Origin: Escherichia coli
Lineage (GTDB): Bacteria > Pseudomonadota > Gammaproteobacteria > Enterobacterales > Enterobacteriaceae
Length of the DNA: 64,000 nt
Assembly: GCF_036507355.1 (NCBI RefSeq)
Contig: NZ_AP027877.1
Reading direction: 5' to 3' (one strand)
This document shows, piece by piece, positions 34,773 to 49,389 of the stretch. Position 1 is the first letter of the stretch. Every line of letters begins with the position of its first letter. Both the position numbers and the translations under genes were made by a program. Below the pieces are notes generated by a model. The model worked only from the letters and a program-made list of their open reading frames with translations. It ran no database searches and had not been told where the DNA came from.

Positions 34773-35179
34773 TATGGAAACGAAAAATCACCCTGGAAGC
34801 ACTGAATGCCATGGGTGAAGGAAACATGGTGGGGTTACTGGATATTCGCTTTGAACATATTGGTGATGACACCCTTGAAGCGACAATGCCAGTAGACTCG
34901 CGGACAAAGCAGCCTTTCGGGTTGCTACATGGAGGTGCATCCGTGGTACTGGCCGAAAGTATCGGTTCCGTTGCCGGTTATTTATGTACCGAAGGTGAGC
35001 AAAAAGTGGTTGGTCTGGAAATCAATGCTAACCACGTCCGCTCGGCACGAGAAGGGCGGGTGCGCGGCGTATGCAAACCGTTGCATCTCGGTTCGCGTCA
35101 CCAGGTCTGGCAGATTGAAATCTTCGATGAGAAAGGGCGTTTGTGCTGTTCGTCACGATTGACGACCGCCATTTTGTGA
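34769..35179 (+). CDS. menI: 1,4-dihydroxy-2-naphthoyl-CoA hydrolase (hotdog thioesterase)
   Basis: 136-aa MIWKRKITLEALNAMGEGNMVGLLDIRFEHIGDD...; ATG overlaps the ydiJ stop. Confidence 0.9.
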   Translation: MIWKRKITLEALNAMGEGNMVGLLDIRFEHIGDDTLEATMPVDSRTKQPFGLLHGGASVVLAESIGSVAGYLCTEGEQKVVGLEINANHVRSAREGRVRGVCKPLHLGSRHQVWQIEIFDEKGRLCCSSRLTTAIL

Positions 35180-35278
35180 CGTTGTCACCAGAAAAGTGTG
35201 ACGCATATTGCTTTTGGTCATTATCTGCACAGTAAACGGTGGTATACTGTGCAGGTCTTGTCTAAAAGCGAGGATGCT

Positions 35279-35467
35279 ATGTCTACTCAACTTGATCCCA
35301 CCCAGCTGGCCATTGAATTTTTACGCCGTGACCAGAGCAATCTTTCACCTGCCCAATATCTCAAACGTCTGAAACAACTAGAACTTGAATTTGCTGACCT
35401 GCTTACTCTCTCTTCTGCTGAATTAAAAGAAGAAATCTACTTTGCCTGGCGTCTGGGTGTGCATTGA
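35279..35467 (+). CDS. ydiH: Small protein of unknown function
   Basis: 62-aa MSTQLDPTQLAIEFLRRDQSNLSPAQYLKRLKQLELEF...; track ORF extends 27 codons upstream. Confidence 0.7.
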   Translation: MSTQLDPTQLAIEFLRRDQSNLSPAQYLKRLKQLELEFADLLTLSSAELKEEIYFAWRLGVH

Positions 35468-35692
35468 TCCTGACTTAATGCCGCAAGTTCGCCAAATCGA
35501 CCTGGATTAACCTCCGTCCAGGTTCGATGACCTTCTTAATACTGCTTATCTACCCGCCTGATATTGTTCAAAAATAATACTAATCGCAGTTTGTGTTAAA
35601 ACGGCGGCTTAGCTTTATGAGATTATTCTTATCGCCCCTTCAAGAGCTAAGCCACTGAGAGTGCCGGAGATAAGCGCCGGATGGGGTAGAAA

Positions 35693-35737
35693 CCCTTAAG
35701 CCTGTGTCGCACAGACTTAAGGGTTTTCTTATTTCTG
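35693..35737 (+). terminator. Intrinsic terminator about 230 bp downstream of ydiH; possible 3' end of a small RNA (RydB locus?)
   Basis: cccttaagcctgtg-tcg-cacagacttaaggg followed by ttttcttatttctg; too far from ydiH to be its own terminator. Confidence 0.35.
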
Positions 35738-35820
35738 AACGCTGCACTTTTTTACCTATCTCTTAAATAGTCAGTTTCAATACAACTTTTTCTTTTTCAT
35801 CACAGCCTTAATTCTCCTTA

Positions 35821-35839
35821 GATAATAACCATTATCTAA
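35821..35839 (+). promoter_or_regulatory. Fur box in the suf operon promoter region
   Basis: GATAATAACCATTATCTAA matches the GATAATGATAATCATTATC-type Fur consensus, about 180 bp upstream of sufA. Confidence 0.65.
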
Positions 35840-36015
35840 CAATGAGATACCTAATTCTTAGCGTGCCTGTTAACCCACACATCAGGGTCTATGCTTATTA
35901 AAAGCAGGCAAAAAGCATGTTTTACGGTAAAGCCCCTGCGTTTGCTGGGTTGAACTGATAATCATTATCACTAACATGCTGTTATACGCTGAAAGCGATG
36001 AAGTGAGGTAAATCG

Positions 36016-36384
36016 ATGGACATGCATTCAGGAACCTTTAATCCACAGGATTTCGTCTGGCAGGGCTTAACGCTGACACCCGCAGCGGCGATACACATCC
36101 GCGAGCTGGTGGCAAAACAGCCAGGTATGGTCGGCGTGCGCTTAGGTGTGAAGCAAACGGGCTGCGCGGGCTTTGGCTATGTGCTCGACAGTGTTAGCGA
36201 GCCGGACAAAGACGATCTGCTGTTTGAACACGACGGCGCGAAGCTGTTTGTCCCGCTGCAAGCGATGCCGTTTATTGATGGCACGGAAGTCGATTTCGTT
36301 CGTGAAGGACTTAATCAGATATTCAAATTTCACAACCCTAAAGCCCAGAATGAATGTGGCTGTGGCGAAAGCTTTGGGGTATAG
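36016..36384 (+). CDS. sufA: Fe-S cluster A-type carrier
   Basis: 122 aa with C-terminal CGCGESF motif. Confidence 0.93.
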   Translation: MDMHSGTFNPQDFVWQGLTLTPAAAIHIRELVAKQPGMVGVRLGVKQTGCAGFGYVLDSVSEPDKDDLLFEHDGAKLFVPLQAMPFIDGTEVDFVREGLNQIFKFHNPKAQNECGCGESFGV

Positions 36385-36392
36385 GCGGTACT

Positions 36393-37880
36393 ATGTCTCG
36401 TAATATTGAAGCAACTGACGATGTCAAAACCTGGACCGGCGGCCCGCTGAATTATAAAGAAGGATTCTTCACCCAGTTAGCCACCGATGAGCTGGCAAAG
36501 GGGATAAACGAAGAGGTGGTGCGCGCAATTTCGGCGAAGCGTAATGAGCCGGAGTGGATGCTGGAGTTTCGTCTAAACGCCTATCGCGCATGGCTGGAGA
36601 TGGAAGAACCGCACTGGTTGAAAGCGCACTACGACAAGCTGAATTATCAGGATTACAGCTACTACTCGGCACCATCGTGCGGTAATTGTGACGACACTTG
36701 CGCGTCTGAACCCGGCGCGGTGCAGCAAACTGGCGCGAACGCCTTTTTAAGTAAAGAGGTGGAGGCGGCGTTTGAGCAGCTAGGCGTTCCCGTGCGGGAA
36801 GGCAAAGAGGTGGCGGTGGATGCCATTTTCGACTCTGTTTCGGTTGCCACCACTTATCGCGAAAAACTGGCGGAGCAGGGAATTATCTTTTGCTCCTTTG
36901 GTGAGGCGATCCACGATCACCCGGAGCTGGTGCGTAAATATCTCGGCACCGTGGTGCCGGGGAATGACAACTTCTTTGCCGCGCTTAATGCGGCGGTGGC
37001 CTCTGACGGTACGTTTATTTATGTGCCTAAAGGCGTGCGCTGCCCGATGGAACTTTCCACCTATTTTCGCATTAACGCGGAAAAAACCGGGCAGTTTGAG
37101 CGCACCATTCTGGTGGCCGACGAAGACAGCTACGTCAGCTACATTGAAGGCTGTTCCGCTCCGGTGCGTGACAGCTATCAGTTACACGCGGCGGTGGTGG
37201 AAGTCATCATCCATAAAAACGCCGAGGTGAAATATTCCACGGTACAAAACTGGTTCCCTGGTGATAACAACACCGGCGGTATTCTCAACTTCGTCACCAA
37301 GCGTGCTTTGTGCGAAGGCGAAAATAGCAAAATGTCATGGACGCAATCAGAAACCGGATCCGCGATTACGTGGAAATATCCCAGCTGCATTCTGCGCGGC
37401 GATAACTCCATTGGTGAGTTTTACTCAGTGGCGTTGACCAGCGGTCATCAGCAAGCGGATACCGGCACCAAGATGATCCACATCGGTAAAAACACCAAAT
37501 CGACCATTATCTCGAAAGGGATCTCTGCCGGACATAGTCAGAACAGTTATCGCGGCTTAGTGAAAATCATGCCGACGGCAACCAATGCGCGCAATTTCAC
37601 TCAGTGCGACTCAATGCTGATTGGCGCTAATTGTGGGGCGCATACCTTCCCGTATGTCGAATGTCGCAATAACAGCGCACAACTGGAGCACGAGGCAACG
37701 ACATCACGTATTGGTGAAGATCAACTGTTTTACTGCCTGCAACGCGGGATCAGCGAAGAAGACGCCATCTCGATGATTGTTAACGGTTTCTGCAAAGACG
37801 TGTTCTCAGAACTGCCGCTGGAATTTGCCGTTGAAGCACAAAAACTCCTCGCCATCAGTCTTGAACACAGCGTCGGATAA
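36393..37880 (+). CDS. sufB: Fe-S cluster assembly scaffold SufB
   Basis: 495 aa from [26 protein letters not shown]...; track ORF extends 13 codons upstream. Confidence 0.93.
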   Translation: MSRNIEATDDVKTWTGGPLNYKEGFFTQLATDELAKGINEEVVRAISAKRNEPEWMLEFRLNAYRAWLEMEEPHWLKAHYDKLNYQDYSYYSAPSCGNCDDTCASEPGAVQQTGANAFLSKEVEAAFEQLGVPVREGKEVAVDAIFDSVSVATTYREKLAEQGIIFCSFGEAIHDHPELVRKYLGTVVPGNDNFFAALNAAVASDGTFIYVPKGVRCPMELSTYFRINAEKTGQFERTILVADEDSYVSYIEGCSAPVRDSYQLHAAVVEVIIHKNAEVKYSTVQNWFPGDNNTGGILNFVTKRALCEGENSKMSWTQSETGSAITWKYPSCILRGDNSIGEFYSVALTSGHQQADTGTKMIHIGKNTKSTIISKGISAGHSQNSYRGLVKIMPTATNARNFTQCDSMLIGANCGAHTFPYVECRNNSAQLEHEATTSRIGEDQLFYCLQRGISEEDAISMIVNGFCKDVFSELPLEFAVEAQKLLAISLEHSVG

Positions 37881-37889
37881 GGAATAAAC

Positions 37890-38636
37890 ATGTTAAGTAT
37901 TAAAGATTTACACGTCAGCGTGGAAGATAAAGCTATTCTGCGCGGATTAAGCCTCGACGTTCGTCCCGGCGAAGTTCACGCCATTATGGGGCCAAACGGT
38001 TCGGGCAAAAGTACCTTATCGGCAACGCTTGCCGGGCGAGAAGATTATGAAGTGACGGGCGGCACGGTTGAGTTCAAAGGCAAAAATTTGCTTGCACTGT
38101 CGCCGGAAGATCGTGCAGGCGAAGGCATCTTTATGGCCTTCCAGTATCCGGTGGAGATTCCAGGTGTCAGTAACCAGTTTTTCCTGCAAACGGCACTTAA
38201 TGCGGTGCGCAGCTATCGCGGCCAGGAAACGCTCGACCGCTTTGATTTTCAGGATTTGATGGAAGAGAAAATCGCTCTCCTGAAGATGCCGGAAGATTTA
38301 TTAACCCGTTCGGTAAACGTTGGCTTTTCCGGCGGCGAGAAAAAGCGCAACGATATTCTGCAAATGGCGGTGCTGGAACCGGACTTATGCATTCTTGATG
38401 AGTCGGACTCCGGGCTGGATATTGACGCATTAAAAGTGGTCGCCGATGGCGTGAACTCGCTGCGTGATGGCAAGCGCTCATTCATCATTGTTACGCACTA
38501 CCAACGCATTCTCGACTACATCAAGCCTGATTACGTTCATGTGCTATATCAGGGACGAATTGTGAAATCCGGCGATTTCACGTTGGTCAAACAACTGGAG
38601 GAGCAGGGTTATGGCTGGCTTACCGAACAGCAGTAA
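37890..38636 (+). CDS. sufC: Fe-S cluster assembly ATPase SufC
   Basis: 248 aa with Walker A GPNGSGKST. Confidence 0.95.
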   Translation: MLSIKDLHVSVEDKAILRGLSLDVRPGEVHAIMGPNGSGKSTLSATLAGREDYEVTGGTVEFKGKNLLALSPEDRAGEGIFMAFQYPVEIPGVSNQFFLQTALNAVRSYRGQETLDRFDFQDLMEEKIALLKMPEDLLTRSVNVGFSGGEKKRNDILQMAVLEPDLCILDESDSGLDIDALKVVADGVNSLRDGKRSFIIVTHYQRILDYIKPDYVHVLYQGRIVKSGDFTLVKQLEEQGYGWLTEQQ

Positions 38637-39882
38637 CGCACTGCAACAGTGGCATCATTTGTTTGAAGCTGAAGGGGTGAAACGTTCCCCGCAAGCACAA
38701 CAGCATTTACAACAATTGCTGCGTACCGGACTGCCGACACGTAAACATGAAAACTGGAAATATACGCCGCTGGAAGGGCTGACCAATAGTCAGTTTGTCA
38801 GCATTGCGGGAGATATATCCCCACAGCAGCGTGATGCCTTAGCGTTAACGTTAGACGCCGTGCGGCTGGTGTTTGTCGATGGACGTTACGTGCCCGCGCT
38901 GAGCGATGCAACTGAAGGCAGCGGATATGAAGTGAGCATTAACGACGACCGTCAGGGGTTACCCGACGCTATTCAGGCGGAAGTGTTTCTGCATTTGACG
39001 GAAAGCCTGGCGCATAGCGTGACGCATATCGCCGTGAAGCGCGGTCAACGGCCGGCAAAGCCATTGCTGTTAATGCATATCACCCAGGGCGTGGCAGGTG
39101 AAGAGGTGAACACTGCCCATTACCGACATCATCTGGATCTGGCGGAAGGTGCCGAAGCAACGGTGATCGAACATTTTGTCAGCCTTAATGATGCTCGTCA
39201 TTTTACCGGGGCACGGTTCACTATCAACGTCGCAGCGAATGCCCACTTGCAGCATATCAAGCTGGCGTTTGAAAACCCGCTCAGTCACCACTTTGCTCAT
39301 AACGATTTGTTGCTGGCTGACGATGCCACCGCATTTAGCCACAGTTTCCTGCTGGGTGGCGCAGTGTTACGACACAACACCAGTACGCAACTCAATGGCG
39401 AAAACAGCATGTTGCGGATCAATAGCCTGGCGATGCCGGTGAAAAACGAGGTGTGTGATACCCGTACCTGGCTGGAACACAATAAAGGTTTTTGTAACAG
39501 CCGACAGTTGCACAAAACTATCGTCAGCGACAAAGGCCGCGCGGTATTTAACGGTTTGATCAACGTCGCGCAGCACGCCATCAAAACGGATGGTCAGATG
39601 ACCAACAATAATCTGCTGATGGGCAAACTGGCGGAAGTGGATACGAAACCGCAGCTGGAAATCTATGCAGATGATGTGAAATGCAGCCACGGCGCGACGG
39701 TGGGGCGTATTGATGATGAACAGATGTTCTATCTGCGCTCGCGCGGGATCAATCAGCAGGATGCCCAGCAGATGATCATTTACGCCTTTGCTGCCGAACT
39801 GACGGAAGCACTGCGTGATGAGGGGCTTAAACAGCAGGTGCTGGCCCGAATCGGTCAACGGCTGCCAGGAGGTGCAAGATGA
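38611..39882 (+). CDS. sufD: Fe-S cluster assembly protein SufD
   Basis: 423 aa; overlaps the sufC 3' end by 26 bp. Confidence 0.92.
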
Positions 39883-41099
39883 CTTTTTCCGTCGACAAAG
39901 TGCGGGCCGACTTTCCGGTGCTTTCGCGTGAGGTAAACGGTTTGCCGCTGGCTTATCTCGACAGCGCCGCCAGTGCGCAGAAACCGAGCCAGGTGATTGA
40001 CGCCGAGGCCGAGTTTTATCGTCATGGCTACGCGGCGGTGCATCGCGGTATTCATACCTTAAGCGCCCAGGCGACCGAGAAAATGGAGAACGTGCGCAAG
40101 CGGGCATCGCTGTTTATTAATGCCCGTTCGGCGGAAGAGCTGGTGTTCGTCCGCGGCACGACGGAAGGGATCAATCTGGTCGCCAATAGCTGGGGCAACA
40201 GCAACGTGCGGGCGGGCGATAACATCATCATAAGTCAGATGGAGCACCACGCTAACATTGTTCCATGGCAGATGCTTTGCGCACGCGTTGGCGCAGAGCT
40301 GCGTGTGATCCCGCTCAATCCCGACGGTACGTTGCAACTGGAGATGCTACCTAATCTGTTCGATGAGAAAACTCGCCTGCTGGCAATTACTCATGTCTCC
40401 AACGTGCTTGGCACAGAAAATCCACTGGCGGAAATGATCACGCTTGCGCACCAGCATGGCGCAAAAGTGCTGGTGGATGGCGCTCAGGCGGTGATGCATC
40501 ATCCGGTGGATGTTCAGGCGCTGGATTGCGACTTTTACGTGTTCTCCGGGCATAAACTGTATGGCCCCACCGGAATTGGCATTCTTTATGTGAAAGAAGC
40601 CTTGTTGCAGGAGATGCCGCCGTGGGAAGGGGGCGGTTCTATGATCGCCACCGTCAGCCTGAGTGAAGGCACTACCTGGACCAAAGCACCATGGCGGTTT
40701 GAAGCCGGTACACCCAATACCGGGGGCATCATTGGTCTTGGCGCGGCGCTGGAGTATGTTTCGGCGCTGGGGCTTAATAACATAGCCGAGTATGAACAGA
40801 ATCTGATGCATTACGCGCTATCACAGCTGGAATCTGTACCGGATCTCACTCTCTATGGTCCGCAGAACAGGCTTGGCGTTATTGCTTTTAATCTCGGTAA
40901 ACACCACGCCTATGATGTTGGCAGTTTTCTCGATAATTACGGCATTGCTGTGCGTACCGGACATCACTGCGCTATGCCATTAATGGCCTATTACAACGTC
41001 CCTGCGATGTGTCGGGCGTCGCTGGCCATGTATAACACCCATGAAGAAGTGGATCGTCTGGTGACCGGATTGCAACGTATTCACCGTCTGCTGGGATAA
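39879..41099 (+). CDS. sufS: Cysteine desulfurase SufS (PLP-dependent)
   Basis: 406-aa [36 protein letters not shown]...; 4-bp overlap with sufD. Confidence 0.95.
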
Positions 41100-41111
41100 C
41101 AGGGAGGCACT

Positions 41112-41528
41112 ATGGCTGTATTGCCGGATAAAGAAAAATTGCTGCGTAATTTTTTACGCTGCGCCAACTGGGAAGAGAAATATCTCTACATTATTGAGCT
41201 GGGCCAGCGTCTGCCAGAATTACGCGACGAAGACAGAAGCCCACAAAATAGCATTCAGGGCTGCCAGAGTCAGGTGTGGATTGTCATGCGCCAGAATGCG
41301 CAGGGAATTATTGAATTGCAGGGCGACAGCGATGCGGCGATTGTGAAAGGGCTTATTGCGGTCGTCTTTATTCTCTACGATCAGATGACGCCGCAGGATA
41401 TTGTCAATTTCGATGTGCGTCCGTGGTTTGAAAAAATGGCGCTCACCCAACATCTCACCCCATCTCGTTCACAAGGTCTGGAAGCGATGATTCGCGCAAT
41501 TCGCGCCAAAGCCGCTGCACTTAGCTAA
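41112..41528 (+). CDS. sufE: Sulfur acceptor SufE
   Basis: 138 aa. Confidence 0.93.
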   Translation: MAVLPDKEKLLRNFLRCANWEEKYLYIIELGQRLPELRDEDRSPQNSIQGCQSQVWIVMRQNAQGIIELQGDSDAAIVKGLIAVVFILYDQMTPQDIVNFDVRPWFEKMALTQHLTPSRSQGLEAMIRAIRAKAAALS

Positions 41529-41676
41529 ACTAAAGGGACAGCTTTCATCCGGTTGGCTCACATTGCCGGATGGTCAATGTTTACACTGACCTGCACAGGA
41601 GTGTTTCGGTTTCAGGTGAACATAAGCGCCATCCGACGTTTCAGCGTGAGTCTCCGGCAAATACAGGAGGTTTACA

Positions 41677-42681
41677 ATGAAACGCGCGTCTTTGCTTACA
41701 CTCACGCTTATCGGCGCTTTTAGCGCCATCCAGGCTGCCTGGGCGGTTGATTATCCGCTACCACCAACCGGAAGCCGACTGGTTGGGCAAAATCAAACGT
41801 ATACGGTGCAGGAAGGGGATAAAAACCTTCAGGCCATCGCCCGACGTTTTGATACTGCGGCAATGTTGATCCTTGAAGCCAATAACACTATCGCCCCGGT
41901 GCCAAAACCCGGTACGACGATAACTATTCCTTCGCAACTGTTATTACCTGATGCGCCGCGTCAGGGGATTATCGTTAACCTTGCAGAGCTGCGCCTTTAT
42001 TATTATCCGCCGGGAGAAAATATCGTGCAGGTTTATCCGATAGGTATTGGCTTGCAGGGGCTGGAAACGCCAGTGATGGAAACGCGTGTGGGGCAGAAAA
42101 TCCCTAACCCAACCTGGACGCCTACGGCAGGCATTCGTCAACGTTCGCTGGAGCGTGGCATTAAATTACCGCCAGTCGTTCCTGCCGGACCAAATAACCC
42201 GCTAGGACGTTACGCACTGCGCCTCGCGCATGGTAATGGCGAATACCTCATTCATGGCACCAGTGCGCCGGACAGCGTCGGTTTGCGCGTCAGTTCAGGG
42301 TGTATTCGCATGAATGCACCGGATATTAAAGCCTTGTTCTCCAGCGTGCGGACGGGAATGCCGGTGAAAGTGATCAACGAACCGGTGAAATATTCCGTGG
42401 AGCCTAACGGGATGCGTTATGTTGAAGTACATCGACCACTATCGGCAGAAGAACAGCAGAACGTTCAGACAATGCCATACATACTGCCAGCAGGCTTTAC
42501 GCAATTTAAAGACAATAAGGCTGTAGATCAGAAGTTAGTCGATAAAGCGTTGTATCGTCGGGCAGGGTATCCGGTTGCGGTGAGCAGTGGAGCAACTCCC
42601 ACAGCCAGCAATGCGCCTTCAGTAGAGTCAGCGCAGAATGGTGAACCAGAGCAAGGGAATATGTTACGCGCGACGCAGTAA
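41677..42681 (+). CDS. ldtE: L,D-transpeptidase with LysM domain (YnhG)
   Basis: 334 aa with signal peptide and the YkuD catalytic motif [20 protein letters not shown]. Confidence 0.9.
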   Translation: MKRASLLTLTLIGAFSAIQAAWAVDYPLPPTGSRLVGQNQTYTVQEGDKNLQAIARRFDTAAMLILEANNTIAPVPKPGTTITIPSQLLLPDAPRQGIIVNLAELRLYYYPPGENIVQVYPIGIGLQGLETPVMETRVGQKIPNPTWTPTAGIRQRSLERGIKLPPVVPAGPNNPLGRYALRLAHGNGEYLIHGTSAPDSVGLRVSSGCIRMNAPDIKALFSSVRTGMPVKVINEPVKYSVEPNGMRYVEVHRPLSAEEQQNVQTMPYILPAGFTQFKDNKAVDQKLVDKALYRRAGYPVAVSSGATPTASNAPSVESAQNGEPEQGNMLRATQ

Positions 42682-42695
42682 TGGTAAATAGCAGA

Positions 42696-42729
42696 CAAAA
42701 AAAATGGCGCACAATGTGCGCCATTTTTC
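42696..42729. terminator. Bidirectional intrinsic terminator between ldtE and lpp
   Basis: A8-atggcgcaca-a-tgtgcgccat-T5; A-run and T-run flank a perfect hairpin. Confidence 0.8.
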
Positions 42730-42744
42730 ACTTCACAGGTACTA

Positions 42745-42993
<249 letters not shown>

Positions 42994-43236
42994 CTAGATT
43001 GAGTTAATCTCCATGTAGCGTTACAAGTATTACACAAAGTTTTTTATGTTGAGAATATTTTTTTGATGGGAAGGCACTTATTTTTGATCGTTCGCTCAAA
43101 GAAGCATCGAACGCTGGGTTTTAGATAAAAAAATTGAGAGAAAACAGGATGCTTCCATCGGATTCATCTTAGATAAAGTGAGATTATATAGTGAAATCCG
43201 ATTTGATTTTTTATTGCTTCTGGTTATCGATTAAAT

Positions 43237-43262
43237 AAAAAAAGCGCCCATCAGGGCGCTTC
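43237..43262 (-). terminator. Rho-independent terminator of pykF
   Basis: Minus strand hairpin agcgccc-tgat-gggcgct followed by TTTTTTT. Confidence 0.8.
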
Positions 43263-43291
43263 GATATACAAATTAATTCACAAAAGCAATA

Positions 43292-44704
43292 TTACAGGAC
43301 GTGAACAGATGCGGTGTTAGTAGTGCCGCTCGGTACCAGTGCACCAGAAACCATAACTACAACGTCACCTTTGTGTGCCAGACCGCTCTGCAGAGCCAGT
43401 TCTTTACCCAGACGGTAGAAATCATCAGTAGAAGTGATCTCTTTAACCAGCTGCGGCACAACGCCTTTGCTCAGTACCAACTGATGAGCCGTTTTTTCGT
43501 TGGTGGTCAGTGCCAGGATGGTGGCATCCGGGAAGTATTTACGTACTGCGCGAGCAGATTTACCGCCCTGGGTAGCAACCACGATCAGCGGAGCATCCAG
43601 TTTTTCAGCAGTTTCAACGGCACCACGGCATACCGCTTCGGTAATGCGCAGTTTACGGTTGTCATTGTTGAACTCGAGACGGCTGTTCATCACGCGGTCG
43701 GTACGTTCGCAGATGGTCGCCATGATAGAAACCGCTTCCAGCGGGTATTTACCTTTTGCGGATTCACCAGACAGCATCACTGCGTCAGTACCGTCGAGGA
43801 TGGCGTTTGCAACGTCACCGGCTTCTGCGCGAGTCGGGCGTGGGTTTTTGATCATGGAATCCAGCATCTGGGTCGCAGTGATAACGACTTTACGTGCACG
43901 GATACATTTTTCGATCATCATCTTCTGGGCGAAGATAACTTCTTCTACCGGGATTTCTACACCCAGGTCGCCACGCGCAACCATGATGCCGTCAGAGGCT
44001 TCGAGGATTTCGTCGAAGTTGTTGAGGCCTTCCTGGTTTTCGATTTTGGAGATGATGTGGATGTTTTCGCCGCCGTGCGCTTTCAGGTGCTCACGGATTT
44101 CGATAACGTCAGAACGCTTACGAATAAAGGAAGCAGCAACAAAGTCTACGCCTTGTTCGCAACCAAAGATCAGGTCCTGTTTGTCTTTTTCAGCCAGTGC
44201 TGGCAGAGCAATGGAAACGCCAGGCAGGTTCACACCTTTGTTTTCGCCCAGGTCGCCGTTGTTCAGTACTTTACAGATAACTTTGTTACCTTCAATGGCG
44301 GTAACTTCCATACCGATCAGACCATCGTCAACCAGTACGGTGTTGCCAACAGACAGGTCAGTAGTGAAACCTTCATACGTTACCGCAACCATTTCGCTGT
44401 TGCCGATAACAGATTTATCAGTGGTGAAAGTAAAGGTCTGACCAGCTTTCAGAGAAACGTCGTTACCGCCTTCCAGTTTCATGGTGCGGATTTCCGGACC
44501 TTTGGTATCAAGCAGGATAGCGGCGGTTTTACCAGTTTTGCTCATCACGTTGCGCAGATTCTGAATGCGCTGACCGTGTTCTGCATAGTCACCATGAGAG
44601 AAGTTCAGACGCATAACGTTCATGCCAGCGTCCAGCATTTTAGCTAACATCTCTTCAGATTCGGTTTTCGGTCCGATGGTGCAAACAATTTTGGTCTTTT
44701 TCAT
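43292..44704 (-). CDS. pykF: Pyruvate kinase I
   Basis: 470 aa from [38 protein letters not shown]...; track ORF extends 72 codons upstream. Confidence 0.95.
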
Positions 44705-44909
44705 GACAGTCTTAGTCTTTAAGTTGAGAAGGATGGGAGAAACTTGCTTTCTGGGCGCACTGCCGGAAAGCGAATCCGGTATTACGAAAGTGGTGGTGCC
44801 TCGCTCTAAGGATAGGTGACATCGAAAAAGCGTGCAGAGGAATGTGTGCTTGTGTCTCAGCCCAACGTGAGTGCCTGTTTTTGAGTCGTTGAGTTCTACA
44901 GTCCAAAGT

Positions 44910-44923
44910 GCTGAAACCATTCA
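44910..44923. promoter_or_regulatory. Cra (FruR)-like box upstream of pykF
   Basis: GCTGAAACCATTCA against consensus GCTGAAACGTTTCA. Confidence 0.4.
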
Positions 44924-45260
44924 AGAGTCAATTGGCGCGTATTATACGCTGAAATTAATCCAAAAGGAAAACAAAAACAGCGTTTCAAAAAATATACAAC
45001 TTGTTAGACAATAAATTGTTATCAAAGATTTAACGTTCCAGGAAAAAGGTTACGCAAAAACTTCGCTGTTTGCGCAACGTCTGGTGCCGAAGTTGTCAGT
45101 GTGAGGATAAGTGAAAGTTCATCCGGTGTATAAATATATCATCGCTCAATTGCTACAGTTAAAATAATTTATCGCGTTATTTGTCTGATTTTGTTTGATT
45201 TTTGTTTAATTGGTTAGATTGATATATGCTGATAGTTGGCATGATAAATAGGTATAAAGA

Positions 45261-45470
45261 ATGGGAAATCGGACAAAAGAGGATGAACTGTACCGAGAAA
45301 TGTGCAGAGTTGTCGGTAAAGTTGTGCTGGAAATGCGCGATCTGGGGCAGGAACCAAAGCATATTGTTATCGCAGGCGTATTACGTACAGCATTAGCCAA
45401 TAAACGCATTCAGCGCAGTGAGCTGGAAAAGCAGGCGATGGAAACCGTCATTAACGCACTGGTAAAATGA
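45261..45470 (+). CDS. fumD: Small fumarase-like protein (YdhZ)
   Basis: 69-aa MGNRTKEDELYREMCRVVGKVVLEMRDLGQEPKHIVIAG... Confidence 0.8.
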   Translation: MGNRTKEDELYREMCRVVGKVVLEMRDLGQEPKHIVIAGVLRTALANKRIQRSELEKQAMETVINALVK

Positions 45471-45710
45471 CCATTCAGGATGAGGCGGTAAGCTTCATCC
45501 TGATATTCTTGCTTCAGTTGCGGTCCAGTTAATCATTCTAAATAACAACTGCTGAAATTATACGAATTTCGGTATGTATTTTAATTTATAGCGATAATGT
45601 TATTTTTATTTTCTGCAATGAACGTCACAAATAATTGTCGCTTAAGTTAAATTTATTTCAAATGATAATAAATATCAGTTCACTTATAATTTCTTGCTTT
45701 GTAATTTTAA

Positions 45711-45724
45711 TTGATAACGATCAA
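45711..45724 (+). promoter_or_regulatory. Consensus FNR box upstream of ydhY
   Basis: TTGATAACGATCAA is a perfect TTGAT-N4-ATCAA, about 200 bp upstream of the ydhY ATG. Confidence 0.75.
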
Positions 45725-45925
45725 TGTTAAGGGCTCAGAATAATCACATTATTTTTTCTCCTAACCATAAAGGATTAGTTTATCGGCGTTAAATCTTTTC
45801 TCATACACTATCAGGTTAGGGAAAATATCTGGTGTTGAGGACAGAGTCAGCAGCGTATTAGTTGAATGCTTAATATCAGTCTGCTGAATTGTCAGCACTG
45901 TGTTTGCGAAGAGGATGCGAAATAA

Positions 45926-48675
<2,750 letters not shown>

Positions 48676-48678
48676 GGA

Positions 48679-49326
48679 ATGGGTAAGATGAACCATCAGG
48701 ATGAATTGCCGTTAGCGAAAGTCAGCGAAGTTGACGAGGCGAAGCGGCAATGGTTGCAGGGGATGCGTCACCCCGTTGATACGGTAACCGAACCAGAACC
48801 GGCTGAAATCCTGGCAGAGTTCATTCGCCAGCATTCTGTGGCTGGGCAGCTGGTGGCGCGCGCCGTGTTTCTCTCGCCACCCTATTCAGTTGCAGAAGAG
48901 GAACTGTCAGTTTTGCTGGAAAGCATTAAGCAGAACGGAGACTACGCGGATATCGCTTGTATGACGGGAAGTCAGGATGATTACTATTACTCAACGCAGG
49001 CCATGAGTGAAAACTACGCGGCGATGTCTTTGCAAGTTGTGGAGCAGGACATTTGTCGCGCCATTGCACACGCCGTTCGTTTTGAGTGCCAGACGTATCC
49101 TCGTCCTTACAAAGTCGCCATGCTGATGCAAGCGCCATATTACTTCCAGGAAGCGCAGATTGAAGCCGCGATCGCCGCGATGGATGTTGCACCTGAATAT
49201 GCCGATATACGGCAGGTGGAGTCATCGACGGCGGTGTTGTACTTGTTTAGCGAGCGATTTATGACCTATGGCAAGGCTTATGGCTTATGCGAATGGTTCG
49301 AGGTAGAGCAGTTTCAGAACCCCTGA
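48679..49326 (+). CDS. ydhW: Protein of unknown function
   Basis: 215 aa; position and sequence within the ydhY-T cluster. Confidence 0.8.
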   Translation: MGKMNHQDELPLAKVSEVDEAKRQWLQGMRHPVDTVTEPEPAEILAEFIRQHSVAGQLVARAVFLSPPYSVAEEELSVLLESIKQNGDYADIACMTGSQDDYYYSTQAMSENYAAMSLQVVEQDICRAIAHAVRFECQTYPRPYKVAMLMQAPYYFQEAQIEAAIAAMDVAPEYADIRQVESSTAVLYLFSERFMTYGKAYGLCEWFEVEQFQNP

Positions 49327-49389
49327 AATTTCAGGGAGATGTCATGGATAGGGTGGACAGTTGCAGCCACTGCATTAGGGGATAATCAG

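Noticed and set aside
35641-35700. GCCGGATGGGG-type sequence resembling a REP element between ydiH and sufA.
   Set aside because: It lacks the canonical REP palindrome (GCCGGATGCGGCG...); it is better explained as part of the flanking terminator and promoter region.
43301-44647. 448-aa ORF (and a nested 313-aa ORF) on the plus strand, antisense to pykF.
   Set aside because: It lies entirely within a highly expressed, codon-biased gene; the translation is low-complexity and unrecognisable, and long shadow ORFs are expected opposite such genes.
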